DNA of 63,191 nucleotides, filler included, from Octopus bimaculoides (lineage: Eukaryota), in assembly GCF_001194135.2 (NCBI RefSeq). It is 8 parts of 8 records of this genome, joined end to end, with 100 filler letters (N's around TTAATTAATTAA, not from the genome) between each part and the next. Parts side by side here need not be neighbours in the genome. Positions count along the whole stretch, not along the records: positions 1 to 15,118 come from NC_068987.1; positions 15,219 to 23,576 come from NC_069010.1; positions 23,677 to 40,964 come from NC_068981.1; 5 more parts are not named here. One strand, given 5' to 3'. The notes below the pieces were generated by a model. The model was not told the DNA's origin and searched no databases. It was given only the letters and a program-made list of their open reading frames with translations. Positions 15,061-26,290 of this stretch are shown piece by piece. A program made the translations under genes and the position numbers. The stretch's first letter is position 1; the number at the start of each line of letters is the position of its first letter.

Positions 15061-15162
15061 GTGTCAGTTTGTTAAATTAAATTTCTTTTATTTATGCAAG
15101 AAACGTAAGTAACTCTCTNNNNNNNNNNNNNNNNNNNNNNNNNNNNNNNNNNNNNNNNNNNN

Positions 15163-15174
15163 TTAATTAATTAA
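15163..15174. other. Assembly spacer TTAATTAATTAA inside N runs
   Basis: The same 12-mer (stops in all six frames) sits within N gaps at 15163, 23621, 41009, 44707, 47753, 57968 and 61829. Confidence 0.95.
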
Positions 15175-15219
15175 NNNNNNNNNNNNNNNNNNNNNNNNNN
15201 NNNNNNNNNNNNNNNNNNA

Positions 15220-15537
15220 ACTACGTTAAGGGTACACGTGTCTGTGGAGTGCTCAGCCACTTGTACGTTAATTTCACAGGGGATGGTAGCGGACCCTGCT
15301 GTACTCTTTCACCACAACTTTCTCTCACTCTTACTTCCTGTTTCTGTTGTGCCTGTAATTCAAAGGGTCAGCCTTGTCACACTCTGTGTCACGCTGAATA
15401 TCCCCCGAGAACTACGTTAAGGGTACACGTGTCTGTGGAGTGCTCAGCCACTTGCATGTTAATTTCACGAGCAGGCTGTTCCGTTGATCGGATCAACTGG
15501 AACCCTCGACGTCGTAAGCGACGGAGTGCCAACAACA
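15220..15537 (+). mobile_element. SINE family A, 3' portion
   Basis: High identity to the reverse complement of 454-720; about 58 bp are repeated next to the gap. Confidence 0.85.
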
Positions 15538-15663
15538 TGTATGTATGGATGTATGTATGTATGTCATTATTCAGGTTAATTCTTCATCCTTCTCATCACC
15601 ATCATCATTATCATCATTATCATTATTACCATTATCATTATTATTATTATTATTATTATTATT

Positions 15664-16218
15664 GAGTGAGAGAGCAGTGCATGCCATCAAAGTGACAGTG
15701 GAGTTCAAATATACGAAGCCCATTATACCCATCATGACTACCCGTCTGATAAGGGTACACCAGGCACATGCATCACAACCATATGTGCTCGACATGGTGA
15801 TCTTATATCAAGATAAACAGTGCATGATTTTCAGGCGGGGCTCAGTTAGAATTTTCTTCGAGTTGAATAGCCCATCCCACTCAAAAGGTCCTTGAAAAAG
15901 GGTTGTTTAAGGATGACAAACAAAACACCCATATTTCCAGAGGTGAATTATTCAAACCCCAAAGAATTCCTCTCAACATATGGCTATGATGCTCCCCCAC
16001 TACTTCTGCTCATGATCAGAGATGCACATATCGTCAGCCACCAAGGGACATGCTCAACTGGTTAAAGTCAAACAACTTACAAGCAATTCTGTGGTATTAA
16101 GCAGAATATTTGTTGCGGCCCATCTTTTATACCAAAACAAAACACGTAGATGATAGCACTTCCAATCAATTAAGATCAGAAGCCACGAGAGCCATTGCCT
16201 GGTACTGCATCCGGGCAT
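15664..16218 (-). mobile_element. ~555-bp non-coding repeat embedded in (TAA)n
   Basis: Both ends abut TAA/ATT arrays. The terminus GGCATGCACTGCTCTCTCACTC followed by (AAT)n recurs at 44763-44784. Confidence 0.65.
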
Positions 16219-16288
16219 TTATTATTATTATTAGTCAACCTCAGTGGAATTTGAACTCACAGCATAAAGAACTTGAGCATAAAGAAAC

Positions 16289-16321
<33 letters not shown>

Positions 16322-16737
16322 NNNNNNNNNNNNNNNNNNNNNNNNNNNNNNNNNNNNNNNNNNNNNNNNNNNNNNNNNNNNNNNNNNNNNNNNNNNNNNN
16401 NNNNNNNNNNNNNNNNNNNNNNNNNNNNNNNNNNNNNNNNNNNNNNNNNNNNNNNNNNNNNNNNNNNNNNNNNNNNNNNNNNNNNNNNNNNNNNNNNNNN
16501 NNNNNNNNNNNNNNNNNNNNNNNNNNNNNNNNNNNNNNNNNNNNNNNNNNNNNNNNNNNNNNNNNNNNNNNNNNNNNNNNNNNNNNNNNNNNNNNNNNNN
16601 NNNNNNNNNNNNNNNNNNNNNNNNNNNNNNNNNNNNNNNNNNNNNNNNNNNNNNNNNNNNNNNNNNNNNNNNNNNNNNNNNNNNNNNNNNNNNNNNNNNN
16701 NNNNNNNNNNNNNNNNNNNNNNNNNNNNNNNNNNNNN

Positions 16738-17154
16738 CCATCTTTCAACGAATTTGCTATGAGACAGCACTTCCCTCTCTACTCTCATCTTCCTTTTCAA
16801 GTGGAACTTGAAAAAGTTGATGAGGCCTTGGCCAAAGAGGAAAGTGTCTGTCTTTAGCCCTTTCAAACGGGTCCACCATATCACCTCTTTCGCTACAGCC
16901 ACTAGACATAGGAAAATTGCCTTGCCCTCCTGGTTAAAGGAGGTCGGCGAGTCAATTCTCACGATGGATCCAGCTGATAGCCGGATCTCTCCTACACGTG
17001 ACAGTAGCTGTTCGATATAGACCCACAAGTCAGCAATGCTCGGGCACTGGACGAGTGCGTGCAGAACGGTTTCGTCGTCCTGAGCGCATAATAANNNNNN
17101 NNNNGCTCGGGCACTGGACGAGTGCGTGCAGAACGGTTTCGTCGTCCTGAGCGC

Positions 17155-17155
<1 letters not shown>
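16738..17155 (-). mobile_element. Tx1/L1-like LINE, ORF2 C-terminal fragment
   Basis: ETVLHALVQCP (RT-associated zinc knuckle), LWVYIEQLL and AVAKEVIWWTR..FFKFHLKRK; homologous to 44920-45820. Confidence 0.8.
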
Positions 17156-17188
<33 letters not shown>

Positions 17189-17677
17189 GCAGTTACAATA
17201 ATACTAATTGTAATAATCATAACAATAATAATAATAATAACAACAATAATAACATTCATTACCAGGCAATGAAGACGAAAATTATCATGGAAAATTTAGC
17301 CTTGGCACTGTGAACGAGGACCTGTTCCCGGACAGAGTAACGTCCATGCTGCTGTGTTACCAGGGATTTCACTGAAACAGATAGAAAGAATGTCATTGGT
17401 TAAATTTCGAAATCATGTGATGAACCTTTATCCAACTATTTCTTAGATTGTGGGTTCATCTCACAAGGTAAAGATTGTTTAGTTAGTTTGCTGTGTCCGC
17501 TTCCTGTAAATATAATGAGGTTAAGGTTTGTTGTGATTTTCAGAGTTAATTTTGACTCTTATTTTTAGCAATCACTAGTGTTATTTTTGCTCCCTCTATT
17601 TTTTTGGTTTTTGCTAGCAAGCCACTTATACTATAATGTGTTTAATATATCTTAATATATTAATATATCCTTATAAT

Positions 17678-17931
17678 AGCTGGATGCCCTTCCTAACGTC
17701 AACCACTCTGAGAGTGTAGTGGGTGCTTTTAGGTGTCACCCGCACGAAGGCCAGTCAGGCGGTACTGGCAACGACCACGCTCAAAATGGTGTATTTTATG
17801 TGCCACCCGCACAAGAGCCAGTCCAGGGGCACTGGCAATGAGCCATCTGGTTTCACCAGTCCTCAGTCAAATCGTCCAACCCATGCTAGCATGGAAAGCG
17901 GACATTAAACGATGATGATGATGATGATGAT
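17678..17931 (+). mobile_element. SINE family D (RTE-type tail) with inverted 5' segment
   Basis: 17841-17931 is the sense 3' end with a (GAT)n tail. 17678-17841 runs in the opposite sense and matches 21724-21887 directly. Confidence 0.85.
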
Positions 17932-17937
17932 ATATAT

Positions 17938-18652
17938 TCTTTTTTTTTTTTCTTCTTTTATAGCTTCAGCTTAGAGCTGCGGCCATGCTGATGCACTGCC
18001 GTGTTGCTACACTGTTATTACAGGGAGCCTCCTACAATATGTGGCACTTGGTGAAGAATGGAGNNNNNNNNNNNNNNNNNNNNNNNNNNNNNNNNNNNNN
18101 NNNNNNNNNNNNNNNNNNNNNNNNNNNNNNNNNNNNNNNNNNNNNNNNNNNNNNNNNNNNNNNNNNNNNNNNNNNNNNNNNNNNNNNNNNNNNNNNNNNN
18201 NNNNNNNNNNNNNNNNNNNNNNNNNNNNNNNNNNNNNNNNNNNNNNNNNNNNNNNNNNNNNNNNNNNNNNNNNNNNNNNNNNNNNNNNNNNNNNNNNNNN
18301 NNNNNNNNNNNNNNNNNNNNNNNNNNNNNNNNGACAGGAAGAGGTTCAGCTTTGATTTAAAAACCCCTACATCTACTTTGTGCAGGTTCCTCAGGCTCTT
18401 TGGGAGAATATTAAAAAGCTGTGGGTCCCTGAAACCCAAACTGTTGCAGTAACTGGTCCTGAAGCGTGATGGCATTGCTGGGATCTTTGGCACTATGCAG
18501 TGTCGTCCCGTTCTGGCATTGGTGTAGCTTTCAATGCTAAAATTTGGCACAATTCCTTCCAGGATCTTCCAGATGTATATTACTGCATACCTCTCCCGCC
18601 TTCTCTCCAGGGAGTAGAGTCTTAGCTGTTTCAGCCTTTCCCAGTAGCTGGG
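17938..18652 (-). mobile_element. CR1/L2-group LINE 3' end (split by a gap)
   Basis: YWERLKQLRLYSLERRRERYAVIYIWKILEG..PQLFNILP..FKSKL is a typical CR1-type ORF2 end. An A-rich tail lies beyond the gap; continuity across the gap is assumed. Confidence 0.8.
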
Positions 18653-18993
18653 AATATATATATATATACATGGATATACACATACATATATATACATATA
18701 ATAATATTAGGGACAAAATCCAAAATTACAGGTAGAACTCAATTAAAATCAATTTATAAAAAATTAAAATTAAATTGAGCTTTACAGATTAGAATAAATA
18801 TAAATATATATAGTTTTAGGGAAAAGAACCAAGTTTCATGAACTCATCGATGAAAATCCACTATGACATATAGAAAAATTAATAATTAAAAGCACAATAA
18901 ATGAGTATAATATAATTCAAAGTAAATATCATAAGATATACATACATATATATAGTTGAGGAGATTATATTATATTATATTATATTATACATA

Positions 18994-19338
18994 AGCGGGA
19001 GTGGCTGTGTGGTAAGTAGCTTGCTTACCAACCACATGGTTCTGGGTTCAGTCCCACTGCGTGGCACCTTGGGCAAGTGTCTTCTACTATAGCCTCGGGC
19101 TGACCAAAGCCTTGTGAGTGGATTTGGTAGACGGAAACTGAAAGAAGCCCGTCGTATATATGTATATATATATATATATGTATGTGTGTGTATGTTTGTG
19201 TGTCTGTGTTTGTCCCCGTAGCATTGCTTGACAATCGATGCTGATGCGTTTACGTCCCCGTAACTTAGCAGTTCGGCAAAAGAGACCGATAGAATAAGTA
19301 CTAGGCTTCCAAAGAATAAGTCCTGGGGTCGATTTACT
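18994..19338 (+). mobile_element. SINE family B with internal (TA)n(TG)n tract
   Basis: GTGGCTGTGTGG A box, GGTTCAGTCCC B-box-like, CORE-like CCTTGGGCAAGT, internal microsatellite; more than ten related copies in the window. Confidence 0.9.
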
Positions 19339-20157
19339 NNNNNNNNNNNNNNNNNNNNNNNNNNNNNNNNNNNNNNNNNNNNNNNNNNNNNNNNNNNNNN
19401 NNNNNNNNNNNNNNNNNNNNNNNNNNNNNNNNNNNNNNNNNNNNNNNNACTTGAAACCTGGTTCGAAATATAGATGGTAAATGTTTTTATTTTTCATTCC
19501 TTTTCGAAATTATCCCTATTTTGTGGTGTAGAGCCTTGGCTGCTCTTTCTAGCGGGTTAGATGTCCTTTTATAGGCATCTCTAATGTGTATTAAATGTAC
19601 ACTGTATTTTACATGAATAATATATATAGTCTGTTGACTAATTTTCTTCTCGCTACACCACTGGTAGTAATTAAATTTCTTAATTTTTTGCTACCCTTAG
19701 ACTTATTAATTATATATATATATACAGATAATACACACTCGTACATACATACATATATACAAATATCTGTCAATCTTTTTCAAATACGATCGACAGTCGA
19801 GCATTTATTCCCTACAAACTGAATTTTAAAAAAAATCTTTCTTACTACAATATATATTGTAAGAATTCTATCAAATATTTTTGCCTGCTTACAACTTGTG
19901 CTGTGGGAGATTTATGGTGGTTTTTTTAGTGCCATTCGCATCTAATCTATCTTTTAGCATGTCGGTGAAGATTTTTTCCTGATGTTTTTAATATAATTAT
20001 GTATATAATTATAAATTTTAGTATACATAAATTACCAATGACGTTTTTATTTCACACTGACCACCTGATAAAATTATTAATGTGATTTTATCCTTAATTC
20101 TATATATATATATATTGATTTTTCTGTGTACACATCCCCATTTTCTTTGCATTTTAG

Positions 20158-20200
<43 letters not shown>

Positions 20201-20396
20201 TATATAAACATATATATATATGNNNNNNNNNNNNNNNNNNNNNNNNNNNNNNNNNNNNNNNNNNNNNNNNNNNNNNNNNNNNNNNNNNNNNNNNNNNNNN
20301 NNNNNNNNNNNNNNNNNNNNNNNNNNNNNNNNNNNNNNNNNNNNNNNNNNNNNNNNNNNNNNNNNNNNNNNNNNNNNNNNNNNNNNNNNNNNNNNN

Positions 20397-21020
20397 CATA
20401 CCTTAAGCTAAGCCTGAAAGCAATGAAGTCAAAAAAGAATCATCCATAACTTGCAGTAAGCAACATTTATTAAAATAAAAGTGTTGTCATATCGTCTGCA
20501 TTGGATAGGACTCAGGATGATGTTGTATGGAAAGATGAAATGAATGAAAGTGAATCTTCTGATGTTGACTATGAATCTGACGATGACGGAGATTTACACT
20601 ACAATGATGCTGACATGTTTACGGAGGAACAAATGGAACAGTTATTTGATGCTGAAAGTGACGTTGAATTTGAAGGATTTGAATAAATGCTTTTGCTTTT
20701 CTAACTGATAGTGATAAATATGTGAAAGGCAATTTCCTTAATATTTACTTTTCGCTGACGTTATTACTGTTATTTCTTTATTTTCCACAAACAAAGTGCA
20801 CAAAAAAGCTACACGTTTGCATTATGTTATATATACAATAATAATAAAGAACGTTACCGTATATATATGTTTACAAAGCAAGGACGTTATATAGACCTTG
20901 ACTCAAGTTAGAGAAGGGGTGCGTATTATACACAAGGTTTAGGTTTTTCAGAGGTACAGCCCCCTAAAAATCCCCTGCGTATTATACTCAAGGGCGGACT
21001 ATACTCGAGGATTTACTGTA
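20397..21020 (+). mobile_element. pogo/Tigger-like DNA transposon, 3' end
   Basis: KKCC(I)SSALDRTQDDVVW..acidic tract..FEGFE* matches pogo transposase C-termini. Right terminus ..ACTATACTCGAGGATTTACTG ends at 21018 and is followed by TA. Left end not visible. Confidence 0.75.
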
Positions 21021-21027
21021 TATATAC

Positions 21028-21256
21028 ATTTGTGTGTGTGTGTGTGTCTTTGTCTCCCACTACTGCTTGACAATTGGTGTTGGTGTGTTTACGTCCCCAT
21101 AACTTAGCGCTTTGGCAAAAGAATCCAATTGAACAAGTACTGGGCTTAGCAAAAAAAAGATTAAGTCCTGGGGTCAAGTCATTCAACTAAAAAATTTTTC
21201 AAGGTGGTGCCCCAGCATGGCCGCAGTCTAATAACTGAAACAAGTAAAAAGATAAA
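21028..21256 (+). mobile_element. SINE family B, 3' half
   Basis: TG tract then TTTACGTCCCCATAACTTAGC..CAGCATGGCCGCAGTC..ACTGAAACAAGTAAAA. Confidence 0.85.
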
Positions 21257-21592
21257 ATATATAACAAATGCTCCCCTCTCCAAGTAAAGCCCTTAATCTT
21301 TAATCCTTACCTTTTTTGGCAGTGTAGTAGAAGAAGAAAGGATTACAGACAATGACAAGAAGCATGGGTAGAAAATAAGCCAGGTAGTTGGCCACTTCGT
21401 TAACATTTGGACCTCCGCACCTGGCAACAAGAAGAAAAGGAGAGAGACAAAAGATGTGGATTAATATAAGAATATTATTTAAAAGAGATTTATTATTATA
21501 TAATGATTTGTGGGTAAATGCAAAGATGCATACACACATGCATGCATATATACATGCAGACATATGTACATTCATACATACATAAGTACATA

Positions 21593-21976
21593 CATCATCA
21601 TCATCATCATCATCGTCGTTTAACGTCCGCTTTCCATGCTAGCATGGGTTGGACGATTTGACTGAGGACTGGTGAAACCAGATGGCTGCACCAAGCTCCA
21701 ATCTGATTTGGCAGAGTTTCTACAGCTGGATGCCCTTCCTAACGCCAACCACTCTGAGAGTGTAGTGGGTGCTTTTACGTGTCACCCGCACGAAGGCCAG
21801 TTAGGCGGTACTGGCAACGGCCACGCTCAAAATGGTGTATTTTACGTGCCACCTGCACAGGAGCCAGTCCAGTGGCACTGGCAACGATCTCGCTTGAATG
21901 TCTTTACACGTGCCACCGGCACAAGTGCTAGGAAGGCGACGCTGGGCACAGGTGCCATCACAATTTCGCTTTCGCT
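21593..21976 (-). mobile_element. SINE family D, longest copy
   Basis: Minus strand ends ..GCATGGAAAGCGGACGTTAAAC(GAT)n and contains AGGAAGGGCATCC, as in RTE-type 3' tails. Related pieces at 22385-22470, 23255-23372 and 61643-61784. Confidence 0.85.
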
Positions 21977-22005
21977 ATGTACATACATACATAAATACAC
22001 ATACA

Positions 22006-22039
<34 letters not shown>

Positions 22040-22053
22040 CATACATACATATA

Positions 22054-22372
22054 TACTGCCTAAATATCAATCTTGAGAAATTAGGCTTCTCAAAACCAGA
22101 AAAGAGAAAGCTAATTCAAAGACTACAGATCCAATCCATCACTGGAACTGTAAAAATATATAAAACTTTCCATAAGTTTATCATTTAAATATATATGAGC
22201 ATGTCTAGATATGCAACTATAACCATGAGAATACATACATAAAGCAAAACATACATACATGCATACAAACAAAAATACCCTGTTGTTGATATTGAAATTC
22301 TAATGAAGGAGCCTTGGATCTTGGTTGGAAACTAATTTCCTCTCTATTAGCAAGAAATCTTCAAATAAAATT
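22054..22372 (+). mobile_element. R4/Dong-like RLE LINE, 5'-truncated 3' end
   Basis: Direct match to 51765-51950 (LEKLGFSKPEKRKLIQRLQIQSITGTVKI..FII*) plus a 3' UTR shared with 47090-47145. Confidence 0.9.
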
Positions 22373-22749
22373 GGCGAGGCCAGAAGCCTCACTAGGTTTC
22401 TTTGCCAGTTTTGGCATGGTTTCTACAGCTAGATGCCCTTTCTAGAGCCAACCATTTTACATAGACCTGGTAGAAACACACACACACACATATGTACACG
22501 CATACACACACACATATGTACACGCATGCACACACACATACACTCAAGCTACCATGCTTTCTGAAATTCGCCAACACCACCCCTGATTCCTCCCACTTTC
22601 CATACGCATGCACACATGTATATCGTGACTCATACACTGGTTCACTTTCCTGACTTTTGTGCATAATTCTATGTACTGTACATACACCTTTGGTGAGTTG
22701 TAGCGCACCTGAGCACTACACACAGTAATTACATTATGTCATATTGTTA

Positions 22750-23075
22750 TAAACACACACAAGCATGCACACACACACACACAAGCACACACACACAAAC
22801 ACACATATACACACAAACGCACAAGCATATACACATACTCAAGCACACACAATGACATACACACACACACAGGGAAACACACATATACACATACACAAGC
22901 ATGCACACATACAAGCACATGCACACACATACTCACAAGTGCACACACACACTAACACATACACATACATTCAAGCACACACATATACACACAAGCCCAT
23001 ACAAGCACATACACACACACATACATACACACACACACATACATACAGACACGTATACACACACACACACATGCA
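22750..23075. repeat. Degenerate (CA)n low-complexity tract
   Basis: Visible CA/TACA mosaic; source of spurious His/Thr and Val/Cys ORFs. Confidence 0.95.
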
Positions 23076-23385
23076 CAGAAATCTAAACTCTGATATACAG
23101 ATACATGTATCCACATATAAACATATACTTGGTTCTAGATTCAGTCCCACTGCATGGTACCTTGGGCAAGTGTCTCCTACTATAGACTCAGGCTAACCAT
23201 AACCTTGTGAGTGGATTTGGTAGACGGAAACTGAAATAAGCCTTGTGTGTGTCCAAAATAGACTTGGAACCTGGGCAACTCTTCTGCTGCCCAGCTTCAG
23301 TCAAACTGTCCAATCCATGCCAGCATGGAAAACAGACATTAAATGATGAAGATGATAATAATGATGATGATTATACATATATTAT

Positions 23386-23576
23386 AGGTGCAGGAGTGGC
23401 TGTGTGGTAAGTAGCTTGCTTACCAACCACATGGTTCTGGGTTCAGTCCCACTGCGTGGCACCTTGGGCAAATGTCTTCTACTATAGCCTCGGGCCGACC
23501 AAAGCCTTGTGAGTGGATTTGGTAGACGGAAACTGAAAGGAGCCTGTCGTATATATATATATATATATATATATAT
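23386..23576 (+). mobile_element. SINE family B, 5' half running into (TA)n and a gap
   Basis: Near identical to 18994-19155; preceded by family B (23128-23250) and family D (23255-23372) fragments. Confidence 0.9.
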
Positions 23577-24444
23577 NNNNNNNNNNNNNNNNNNNNNNNN
23601 NNNNNNNNNNNNNNNNNNNNTTAATTAATTAANNNNNNNNNNNNNNNNNNNNNNNNNNNNNNNNNNNNNNNNNNNNATATATATATATTCACATACGTGA
23701 ATACACACATATATACATACATATACATACATATACATACATATATACCGACCAGAATTCTAGAATCGTTTGATATTTATGGCTTAAACTGCGATTATGT
23801 AAGCACACTAAGATTGGCTGATTATGGTCAGGATGTCAGGTATAGTAACGTGACGTATGCGTATTTGGCTATGTGTTCTTTTGAATAAATGTTCTGCTAA
23901 AGATTATGTCTGTTCTCATTTAAAAAATGTGCCAGTTATCATTCATTTAATTAAGAACAACTATTGGGCGCGATGTCTAGGCATTATTGTCACGTGACAA
24001 TATGAATATGTGCTACAATATGTTATGAGATAATATTTACCACACGATGTCAGAAATAGATTGATTGCTTATATAAAAATGATAATAAACTTTGTGTCTG
24101 TACGTATTTGCGAATGATTCTTTACAATTTTGTGTGCAACTGTGAACAAGAAGAGTTCACACTCCAACACTCAGAATGATAGTTATATACATAGATATTA
24201 ACTGAAATTGAACTATAAACGCTGCTCATCTTTAAGTTTACATAATACATTTTTACGATGGAAATGAACGTAATGGACGACGGAAAATCGTTTAATAGAA
24301 TGCCTTGCAGGATTTTTTCCAGTTCTGGTTCTCTGCACTCTAAAGCAAGATTTTACTGAAACGTTTTCTGCTTTTCTACCCCTTACAGTTTCATAGAATT
24401 CCTGTGATTTAATACGTTTAGCTCTGCAAATCTCTGTATGTCTG

Positions 24445-24448
<4 letters not shown>

Positions 24449-24533
<85 letters not shown>

Positions 24534-24545
24534 CTCTTTCTCTCC
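24449..24545. repeat. (CT)n microsatellite
   Basis: Visible dinucleotide run. Confidence 0.95.
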
Positions 24546-26257
24546 TTCTGGCTTTCTTATGTTAAGTGTCCAATAAACTAAGATTCATATTGAGGTCACA
24601 GCAATCTTTCCGAAGCAACATAATACATATAACTAAACGAAAAAGTTAAAATTCGTTTGGATGCATAAGATATCCGTTTCACTTCTAAATTCCTAGAAAT
24701 ATTCGTTTTCTTCCATGAAATATTCCGATTAAACGACATTATTAAAATATCTCCTTAATTGATATACAGTATAGTTCATTTCATACTTGGCATAGAACCA
24801 CTATATCAAACAGCATCAGTCTCTAACAGAAAATAGCACACTGATGTTTTATGGAAATAACAGGAATGTATCACTACAGAAGAGCGCTCATACAGCGCAA
24901 ACCTCCGCCAAGCAACACTAATATCCCCTCAACGATTAGCCAAAGACTATTTTTAAACTGAAAATATCTGAAATAAACTCGACTGCTCTCACAAGCTAGA
25001 ATACCAAAAAGGAACCCAACCGCTCAGAAAAATTAAGTAAAAAAAAAAAAAGAAAACAGGAAAAATAATAGAGAATCCTTGTCCGGTACCAAATCGATCT
25101 CAAAATTTAACCAATGTGTGCCAGTCATAAGGTCAAACGTCCCTGAAAGTCTCATTCGAATCCATCCAGTGGATCTTCAGATATCTTGTCCACGGACAAA
25201 CAAAGAATCAAACACGAGTGAAAACAATACCTCTGTCTTTAATAATGCGGGGGTAATAACAAATCACGTTTGATTGATTTCAATTGTTTCATAAGAACAA
25301 AACAAAAAACGAATAAAAAGAACACTAGTTACACATTGTGATAAATTATAATCAAACGGTATTTAAATATTTAAAATATTTGATTTATTTTTTTTCTAGT
25401 ATTGTGATTATTAGATTAATGTTCGCCATTAATAGAGTTATAGATTTTGGAATGGGAGTGCAACATATCCTCAAATTTACCCACGCTTTAAATTGAGTCT
25501 TAAAAATTAAAATTATTCATATTCAGAAAAGCCTAGGATAATCAATGAGTAAATAGGATTTACGTGTTACTCACAGATAAATTTATCCGGTCGCAAATTA
25601 GTATAAAATGTCTGGAAATAAATGCATGACATCCCTACTCCAATGTAGCATTAATCAATATTGACATGCTTTGATTATATTTGTAGTTTTCCGAAGATTT
25701 CTCATGATATTTTTCTGTGTCATTTACGTGTCTAGAAGTTTCGGCATAAAAGTTAGTTCTCTCTGGATTTAATTTTAATAAGCGCATATTCACAAACTGA
25801 TGGCTACTTACTATATTACACGTCCTTATCCATGTATACGATGCTAGACATTAAGGATCTAATTATTTACAGATGTCAGTAATGTAATCATCTAAACATG
25901 TGTGTATTGGAAAAGAAAATTACTAAATTTGAACGAGTGGTTATTCTTCATCGTATCGAGTATAGTTGATTATTGATGATTAAGTAATATCACGAGAGAT
26001 AATAAAATAGAGCTACATGTGTATGACAGCAATATTATAGAAAAATGGCTTGTAGAGGAAACTCCTGCCCCATAATTCATTACCTTTGAATATCTTCATT
26101 ATTTTACTAGCTGTATACATGACAACATTTTACAAATATTGTAAGGTTAATGGTTTTCAACATACATAAACCGTAACATTATTCATATCCTAATAAGCGA
26201 TATCTTTATTATTATCATTGTTATTATCATCATTATCATTATTATTATTATTATTAA

Positions 26258-26290
<33 letters not shown>

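Noticed and set aside
15220-15470. Apparent dimer or internal repeat in SINE A
   Set aside because: It abuts a gap, so an assembly artefact cannot be excluded.
16170-16218. Possible HDV-like ribozyme at the head of the TAA-embedded element (TCTCGTGG)
   Set aside because: P3 does not pair and no P1 partner is present.
17037-17160. Direct duplications flanking 10-N gaps (also 48720-48950, 56495-56635, 58188-58292)
   Set aside because: Identical sequence on both sides of minimum-size gaps indicates unmerged contig overlaps. The 116-bp repeat at 48720-48950 cannot be resolved without long reads.
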